Assembly (NCBI GenBank): GCA_963823665.1
Contig: CAWGMQ010000003.1
Coordinates: forward strand, 1,824,001 to 1,888,000
Reading direction: 5' to 3'
Length of the DNA stretch: 64,000 nucleotides
Origin: an uncultured Planctomycetota bacterium
Lineage (GTDB): Bacteria; Planctomycetota; Planctomycetia; Isosphaerales; Isosphaeraceae
The notes under the pieces were generated by a model. It was not told the DNA's origin. It saw only the letters and a list, made by a program, of their open reading frames with translations, and searched no databases. Position numbers and translations under genes: made by a program. How positions within the stretch are numbered: the stretch's first letter is position 1; every line of letters starts with the position of its first letter. Below, piece after piece: positions 52,301-61,300 of the stretch.

Positions 52301-55300
52301 ATCGGCCCGATCGCACTCCAGGCCGCGTTGTTTATGGAACCGAGCTGAAGATCTGGCAAGATACTCTGCCAATCGACATCGTCGGAGTCTGTCGTATCGA
52401 CCTCCGCGAGGCTGAAGGTAACCGGCGTGGACGAGTTCCACTGCGATGAGAGCCAACCTGCATAATAGACGGGGATTTGCACGGTTTCACCGGGCTCGAC
52501 CATGCCGGCATTCGCGCCAGCGGCCAAGAACTCTACAGCGCTCGAGAATCCCGAGGGCGTTTCGTTCAAGTTATAGGCGAGCCCCGAGTCGGAGGAGCTC
52601 AGGGACAGGAAGGCTCCCTGGCTGCTCCCTTGCTCGGCCGTTAGCTCAAGAAGCGGGGCTGGGATCGCGACGTCGCCGGTGTTGGTGTAGTCAACATAGA
52701 GCGTTGACGCCGTATTCTGGCCGACGGGGCCAGGCACCACGACATTCGCGGTGAATGTCGTCCCGCCGTCGCTGATCGAGAGCGATTGAGGAGCCACCAA
52801 TGTCACGGTGATCGGCACTTGCACTGAGCTCTCGGCGGGAACGACACCGATGTCGGTCGAGAGCGCTGTGAATGTGTACTCGGAATCGGTCGGGAGATCG
52901 AGCGTCACGTCCTGAGCAGCGATCAGGCCGTGGTTGGTGACGGTTGCGTCGAACGTCCACGACTGGCCCGGCACTAAAGTCGGAATCGACGCGGGGGCGG
53001 TGATCGTGAGCACCGGCGCCGGCACGTCGGTGGCGAATGTGGTTTGAAGCTGGATCTGATACGTGTCTTGGATCGTCGTTTGCACGACGTTCCAGGTATA
53101 CGTGACGAACTGCTCGGCGATGAAGACTTCGTCGCTGTTGGTGATGCCAGGTGTGACCGTGAACGAGTTTTCGTAGGTCGAATGGCTGGGCGCTGTCACC
53201 TCCAGGTCGTAAGGGCCGGCGGGCACGCTCGCGAAAGTCACCTGGCCACTCGCATCGGTCGTGCCGGTTTCCACGACGTCGCTGTTGTTGTACGGATCGA
53301 GCAGCTCGACAGTGGCACCCTGCACGCGCGGCGAGCCGGCTTCCTCGAACGTGTAGTTGTCGTCGACCAGGATCTGGACTGTTCCGGTCGCCGTCGTAAT
53401 CGCCGTGAAGGTGAAGGGGACGCTGATCCCGGTGCCCGTGCCACTGATGCCGATTGAGCCGGTGTACTCTTCGAGCGGCAGGTTCGACGGAGGCGTCAGC
53501 TCAACCGTCACGGTTGTGGAGGCACCCGGAGCCAGTGACGGGATCGTCGCTGGCGACGCGAGCGTCATGTATGATGTGCTCGGCAGGTTGACCTGAAGCG
53601 TGCCGCTCGGCGCGCCGCCGTTATTGACGACGGTGAAGGACACGAGCGTCTGGCCGCCGACCAGCATGCCGGTATCTAGGTAGCCGGGGTCCGCTGCCAA
53701 AACCGGCATGAGGGGGTCGACCGTGAAGCCAACGAGTAATTCGAGCACGGCCCCTTGCGTCGTGGTCAGAGCGATCGATACGACGCCCGAGGCTCCCTGG
53801 GTCGACGTATCGGTGAGTGTATAGCTAAGCGGAGCCGTGCCGTCTCCCGCGATCTCGCTCGGCACGGTCAACTGCACGGTCATGCCAGACGCTTCGTCGC
53901 TGTATAAACCCGATAGTCCTCTCAGCGTTTCATCGCTGAGATTCGTCAGCGTGAAGGTACCCGTGAGCGGCGTGTTGGGCACGACCGTCACATTTGCGGT
54001 TGCCGGGGTTGCTGTCATGCCGACGATCGTGAACTGGGCCTGCACGGCGGGGTTGCTGACGCCCGGATCGGCGGCGGTGACCGAGTAGCTGCCTGCCTCG
54101 TCGGGAAGCGGCTGGAACGTGACGCTAAAATCTCCGCTCGCGTTGGTCGTGCCGGTCAGCGTGCGGGTCGTGCCGTCGACCAGGATTTGAACGGCTACCG
54201 GCTCATCGACGGCCGGGGCATTGTCGCTTGTGAGCGTCGCCACGCCGGAGAGAACGACCGGCGTGCCGGCGGAAACGACGGACGCCGACGGCGTGACTGT
54301 CGCGGTGTACGCCGCCTGGTCGTTGTATGGCTGGCCGGCAACGCCAGTGTTGTTGTTGAAACTTAGCTCCTGCACGCTGTCTCCGCTGTCGGTCAGGACG
54401 CGCACGAAATATTGGTCGACGGACGAGGGAGATTGAAGCGTTACGGTCTGCGTGTAGCTCTGGCCGGGGTTGAGCGTGCCGTTAAACGTGACCGAATCGA
54501 TCGGAGTTGTGCTCTCGGATCCGCCGGCCGGGTCCAGAAAGACCTGGTCGACCCACGAGCCGGTTGCGGGATAATCGCCGCTGTTGGTGACGGTCCATGA
54601 AATTGATAGAGGGGAGTTGTCGTAGCCGCTTGCTGGGGCAGTCACGCTGGAGACGACCAGGTCCGGCGTTTGCACGTCGGTGATACCCAGCGTCGCGAGG
54701 CCGGTGTCGAGCCCCGTCGTTGTCGCCGAGATCTGAACTTGCTGCATGCCCTCGGGCACGCCGTTCTGGACCGCGTCGACTGTGAACGAGACCGAGGTCT
54801 GGCCGGCCGGAATCGTGACCGTGGCTGGAACGCTGGTCGCGGTCGGATCGGTACTCGCCAGGGTCACGACCAATGCGTCCGTGGCGTCCGTGTTGCGCGT
54901 GACGGTCGCCGTCACGGTGGACCCCTCAGCCACCGTGGGCGTGGCGACGCTTAATGTCAGCGCCGGTCCGTTGGCGTTCAACAGGAGCAGGCTGGCCTCG
55001 GCTGAGCCCTGGGTGACCACGACACCGGCATATGTTTCGACGTTGGCGGTAATGACGGCCGTCTGGTTGCCGACGTCCAGACCGCTGTTGAGAGCCGCGA
55101 TCGGGAAGCTCGCGGATTCTTGCCCGGCATCGATCACAACCGATGCGGGGACAGTGGCGGCGCTGGTCAGGCTGCTGCCGAGCACGATCGTCAGGGGCTC
55201 GGTCGCCGGGCTGGCGATCGACACCGTGGCCGTTGTTGCGTCGGCGCCGGCGGCCTCGCTCACGGTGGTTTGCGCAAGCGTGAGGCTGAGCGCCGGCACG

Positions 55301-58300
55301 TTGTCGTCGACCACGGTCGCGCTGTCGGAGCCGTTCTGGAAGCCGCTGGCGGAGGCGGTGATCGTGGCCGACTCGTTGCCGTCGATCTGGCCGTCGTTCA
55401 CCACGGTGACCGGAAACGTTACCGAGACCTGCCCGGCGGGGATGGTGACGGTTGCCGGGACGGTCAGCTTATTCGTATCGCTGCTCAGCAGGGAGACCGT
55501 GAGTGCGGTCGTCGTCGGTGTGTCTCGCGTGACCGTGCCAAGGGTTGCTGGACTGATGTCAGTTTCGTTGACGGTGTGATTGTTCAATGCAACGGTCAAT
55601 GCCGGCGCGTTGACGTTGGTCACGGTAAGGCCGGCGCTCCCGGTCGACAGGCCGGACGCGGTCGCTGTCAGGGTCGCGGTCTGATTCCCGTCGGCGATTC
55701 CGGTGTTGATCGTGCCGACGGCAAACCTGGCCGATGTGGCGCCGGCAGGGATCGTCACGGTCTCGGGGACGGAGACATCCGTCGTATCGGAGTTGGCGAT
55801 CGTCACCACGAGTGCATTCGCCGTGTTCGTGTTACGGGTGACCGTGGCGATTGTCGCGTGGCTCCCCGCGCCGTTGCTGACCGTGTTGCTCGCCAGGGTG
55901 AGCGTCAACCCCGCCGCGAGGCTCGTGGACTGGGCCGCAACCGCGGTGCTGCTGGCGGTGTCGAGCTCGTAGACCTCGCTGAAAGCGTCCTCGACGACGA
56001 CGAACCAATACGTTCCCTGAGGCAGGCTGGGCATCTGAACGGTCATTGACCGTGAGGCCGTTTGATTCACGCCGAGAGTGCCGGTGAACGATTGGGCGGA
56101 CAGGAGGGTCGGGTTGTCTCCGGCCGCATCGGTCGCCAGGAACACCTGTTCCGTCCAGGGCCCTGTGGCGGGGGCCGAGCCGCTGTTGGTGAGCGTCCAA
56201 CCGACGGACGTTTGCTGGCCCGGGTCGGCGCTCGTGACTGCGGTGATGCCGCTGGGAATCAACTCGGCATAGGCGCCGAGCGTCGATGTCTCGGTCAGCG
56301 TGTCTGTGTCGTTGGACTCGCCGGCCGGTGTCGAGACGCTTTGCTTGTAATCGGCCGTGACGGTGAACTGGATCTGGCCGACGCCTGGGCCGCCGTTGGG
56401 AAGGCTGAAGTCGTATTCCTGGTCCACTGATGCGCCGGCGGCCAGGTTTCCGAGGCTTGCCGCATTGTAGAGGACGTCGCCGGTCGCCAGAACGTCGCCG
56501 GTCGTCGTGTTGGTGACCACGATTTGATCGCTGAATGACCCGGAGGCCGGCTGGGCGCCGGTGTTCGTGTCGGTCCACTCGACGACCAGGGCCATGCCCG
56601 ACTGCAAGTCGGATGCGGGCGCAGTCATCAGATCCGAGACCGCGAGGGAAACGCTCTTGAATTCGCCGAAGTCTTTGCCGGCGAGCGTGGCGCCGCTGGT
56701 GGCGCTGATCGTGATCGGGCCGGAGCCGGGCGCGGTCTGGATATATCCTGGTTGAGTGACGGCGGCAATGCCGTAGATGCCGGGCCCGACGTCGTTGAAC
56801 GAATAGTTGCCGTTTGAGTCGGTTGTGGTCGTGGAGACGACCTTGTCGAGGCTGTTCAAGAGCTGCACGGTCCAGCCGGCGAGGCCTGTGTCTCCGGCAT
56901 CGAGGGTTCCGTCGTCGTGGGCGTCGTCAAATACCTCGCCAGTCACGGTTGCCAGCCGGAAGTCACCGAACGTCAGGCCGCTCAAGCTTTGCCCCGCGAC
57001 GACGGTCACGTTAAAGCTTGCCGGCGATGTGGTCTGGACAAAGCCCGTTTGGGTGACTTCTGCGACGGTGTACCTTCCTGGTGCGACGCCAGCGAGCGTG
57101 AAGTCGCCGTTCCCCCCGGTTTGCGCACTGGCGATCACGGTGCTGGCGACGTTCAGGAGGTCGATGGTCCATCCGGAGAGGCCCGGGTCGCCCGATGCAA
57201 AATCGCCGCTCCCGGCGATGTCGTTGAACACCTGACCGGTGATGGTGAGACCCTGAAACTCGCCGAGGTCCTCGTTGGTGATGTTCGCGCCGCTCGTCGG
57301 CGTGATGGTGACGGGCGAGTTCGATGGCACCCAGCCCGTCTGCTGAACGACTTTGAGGGTGTACGTGCCTGGCCCAACATTGCTGAACGAGTACGCGCCG
57401 CCGGAGCCGGAGGTGGTCTGCACGACGTTCGAGCCCTGAACCAACTCGACGGTCCAGCCGGAGAGGCCCGTGTCGCCGGAGACGAACGTGCTGGTGTCGT
57501 TGGGATCGTTGAATACTTCGCCGCTGATCGAGATGGGGACGAACTCGCCGAAGTTCACGGTGTCGGCCTGACCGTTGTTGTCGGTGAGCTGGACGCTCAT
57601 CGAGGTCGTGGCGACGTATCCAGACCTGGATATGAGCTGCACCGTGTATGTTCCGGGAAGCAGGGCGGTGAAGGAGTAGGTTCCACCCGAGCTTGTCGTG
57701 GCCGTGCCGACGTTTTGCTTGGCGGCGTTGAGCAGATTAACGGTCCAACCGGAGAGGCCGGGCTCGCCGTTCTCGAGCGAGCCGTCGCCGTTCCAGTCGT
57801 TGAACACGGTTCCGCTGATCGAGGCGGTTGGGTGGTCACCGAAATTCTGATTGGTGACGACCTGCCCGGAGGTGATCGTGAGGCTGAACGTGCCTGGCGA
57901 TGCTGGTGCGGTTTGAACGAAACCGGATTGCGACACTTCGGACAGGGTGTACGTGCCGGGCTGGATTCCGGCGAAGGCGTAATTACCGTTCGCATCGGTA
58001 GTTGTCGTGTAGGTGGCGTGCGTCGAGGTATTCGTGAGCTCGACCGTCCAGCCCGCGAGGCCCGGATCGCCCGAGGTGAGCGTGCCGCTGCCACTAACAT
58101 CGTCGAAAACTTCGCCGGTGATGATCGCACCGCCGATGATCTTGCCCTGGATCTGCGCGGTGTGGATATAGAGGTTGAATCCGTTCAGGTTCAGGGTCGT
58201 GCCGGAAGGCACGATCAGGTTGTCGACATAAAGGGCCTCGGGTGTGCCGCCTGGCGAGTTAACGGAGTTATCGACGAGCTCGACGTAGGTGTTGTTGGCG

Positions 58301-61300
58301 AGCTCGAGCGTGTTGTAGGCGAAGCTCTGGAACCCTGCCGCGGTGCCACCGAGATCCTGGGACATGACTTCCAACTGCTGGGGCGAGGAGCTCGTGCCGG
58401 TGCCGTCGAGCACGACGGTGCCGAGGATGTTGAACCCGGCGGCATTGGTGGTGGTGCCGAGCAGGTTGCCGCTCAAGTCAAGGGTGCTGCCGGGCTCGAC
58501 GGTGAGTGCGCCGGAGCCGTTAATCGTCAGGCTGCCGGAAACCACGACCGTCGCGTTGGCATAGACGGTTGCGCCGCCCAGGGGATAATCACCGCCGTTC
58601 GCGTAAGTGCGAAGGTTGGAATTGACAAGCGAGCTTATGTTGACTTCGACCGGGCCGGTCGATGTGGCGACAGTTGCCGCGGCGAGGAAGGGTACTCCGT
58701 CGGGCTCGTTGCCGTAGCCGAGTAGGATGATGTCGGTGAGCGTGGCCGATTGGAAGGCGGATGGCAGGACGAAGCCCTGCTCGTCGAGGCGAACCTGGCC
58801 GCCGCCGTACGAGGCCGAGCCGAGATATGTATCGCCCAGGGCACCCTGGCCGATCGTGTCGTTGTAGCCGTCGTTGTTGTGGTCGCGGATGTTCTGGCCT
58901 TCCACCAGGTCGACGGTGTAAACGAGCCCGCCGGTGGCTACGAACTCGACGGCGCCGACGGTGTCGCCGTACTCACCGTAGGCGGAGTTGATCAGGGTGT
59001 AGACTTCGGTCGGGCCGGCGATGTTGACGGGGATGTCGAAGGAGCTGGGGCTGGACTGGCTGGCCGATGCGGTCTGAATGATTCCGGCGCCGCCGCCGGA
59101 ATAATTCGCAAGGGCGAAGGGCTCGCTTCGGCCAACGTTCACGCTGCCCTGGTCGACGGCGGTGCCGGTGTTGATCGTCGACGTGCCGGCGGGGAACGAG
59201 ACTGTTTGGTTTGCGGGAACGTTTAATGTGGCTGTCGGGTCGGTGGTGACAGTCGCGTTCACTACAGTCGAAAGGACCGGCGCGCTCAAGACGCCCTCGT
59301 TCGTGAAGCTCAGGTAGCCGTCATAGCTGAAGTCGACGGTGGTCAGTGCGGGCAGGTTGATCGCGCTTCCCGTCCCGCCGGTGAGGATGAGTACGTACGC
59401 GCCGGAGATCGTGGTCAGGGCCGGCAGATTGAGAAGGCCCACCGTCCCGCTGCCGTAGTATGACCCGTTGCCGTAGTTGTAGTCGACGTATTCGGCGGCC
59501 TGCAGATATTCGTAACCATTGCTGTTGGTGTAGGTCGTGACAGCGGGGAGAGTCAATTTGCCCCCGCCGTAGACGCGGAGGCTCGAACCGTCGATGTCAC
59601 TCAGGTTTGGGAACGCGAACGAGTAATCGCCCGATTCCACGGTGATGCCGCCGTCGGTGATGCTGGTGAACTGGGTGGTGGCGGAGGAACTGGTGCCGTT
59701 GCTCAGCGTGCCGGTGCCGTCCAAGACGATCGTCACGCCGTTCAGGCTGGTGAGGTTGGCGCCCACCAGAACCGTGCCGTCATCGGTGACGCTCAGTGTG
59801 GCATAACCGGAGTCGGTCGGGCTGAATGAAGTGAGGTCGGGCAGGTCGATCTGGCTATGCGATCCCTGGGATTCGATCGAAACGCCGTAATATCCGCCGA
59901 TCATCGTCAAGTCGGGCAGATTGATGAGACCGCCGAGGGTCGTGTCGGTGACCTGGAAGTACGCGCCGGGGTAGTTGTTGTTCGTGTAACTGCTCACCGC
60001 GGGCAGGGTGAACTTTGCTCCTCCCGAGATGTAGAGGCTCGCGCCGTCGATGTCGGTCAGGTTCGGGAGGGTGTAGGAACCTCCCTGTATGTAGATTCTG
60101 CACCCCACCAAAGATGTGAATTGATCGAGCGGAAATTGGCCGGTGCCGTCTAGCGTGACCTCGACACCGTGCATGGCGGTTACGCTGCTGTTCAAATCGA
60201 TTGCGCCGCCCTGAGTGGCGCTCCAGGAGAAGCTGCCGGAGCTACTGAACGAGGTCATACCCGACAGATCAATCAGACTTCCGGAGCCCGAGGCCGAGAC
60301 GGACATGTTGTCGCTGGCGGTGATCGTGGTCAGGTCTGCCAGGTCGAGCGTGCTTCCCGCTCCTGAGGACTCGAAGTAGGCGTTGCTGTTGACGTTACTG
60401 TACGTTATCACCGCGGGCAGACTCAGGCTGCCACCACCGTAGACGTACAGGCTGGACCCCTCGATGTTGCTGAGATTCGTGAACGAATTGAGCGGCGTGG
60501 CCGCGCCGGAGGCGGGTGCGTAGTCGCCCGCGTCGATCGTGATGCCGCCATTCGATATGCTCGTAAACTGGTTGATCGGGATGTTCCCCGACCCGTCGAG
60601 CACAAGCGTTACGCCGTTCAGGGCGCTGAGTTGGCTGTTCAGCTCGATAGCGCCGCTGTTCGTAGCCGAAAGGGTGGCGCCGTAGTTCTCGCCGTAGTAA
60701 TCAACCGCGTTGTAGGTGGTGAGCGCAGGGAGATTGACGAGGCTGTTCGGACCATCGGACTCGACGCTGACCAGTGAGAAGTAGCCCGAGACGTTGATCG
60801 AGGTGAGGGCGGCGAGCTCCACGTCACCCCCGCTCTGGGCCTCGATCATGAGCGGAGCGTAGTCATAGCTGGTGCTCCCGCTGATCGAAGTGAGTTCCGG
60901 CAGGCTGAGCTTGGAACTCGTCCCCGTCGCCTCGAAAATGTTGCCATACTGAGAGAAGACATAGGGATCGTCGATCGCCTGATAGGTTGCGAGGTCCGGC
61001 AGCGACAAGCTGCCGGCCAAGACAAGCAGAGAAGAGCCGTCGATGTTGGAAAGGCTCGTGAACGAATTCGACGACGTGGCGGCACCGGAAGTGGGTGCGT
61101 AGTCGCCTCCGGTGATTCGAATGGCGCCGTTATTCAGGGCGGTCCACTGGCTGACCGGCAACACACCGGACCCATCGAGCGTCACATCGACGCCGTCGGG
61201 GCTGGTCAAGCTGCCGTCCTCGACCGTCGCGCCCTGCGTCACGCTCAGGTTGGAAGCGTAGTAGCCGTAGTCGTAGTCGGACGTGCTGAACGTAGTGAGG

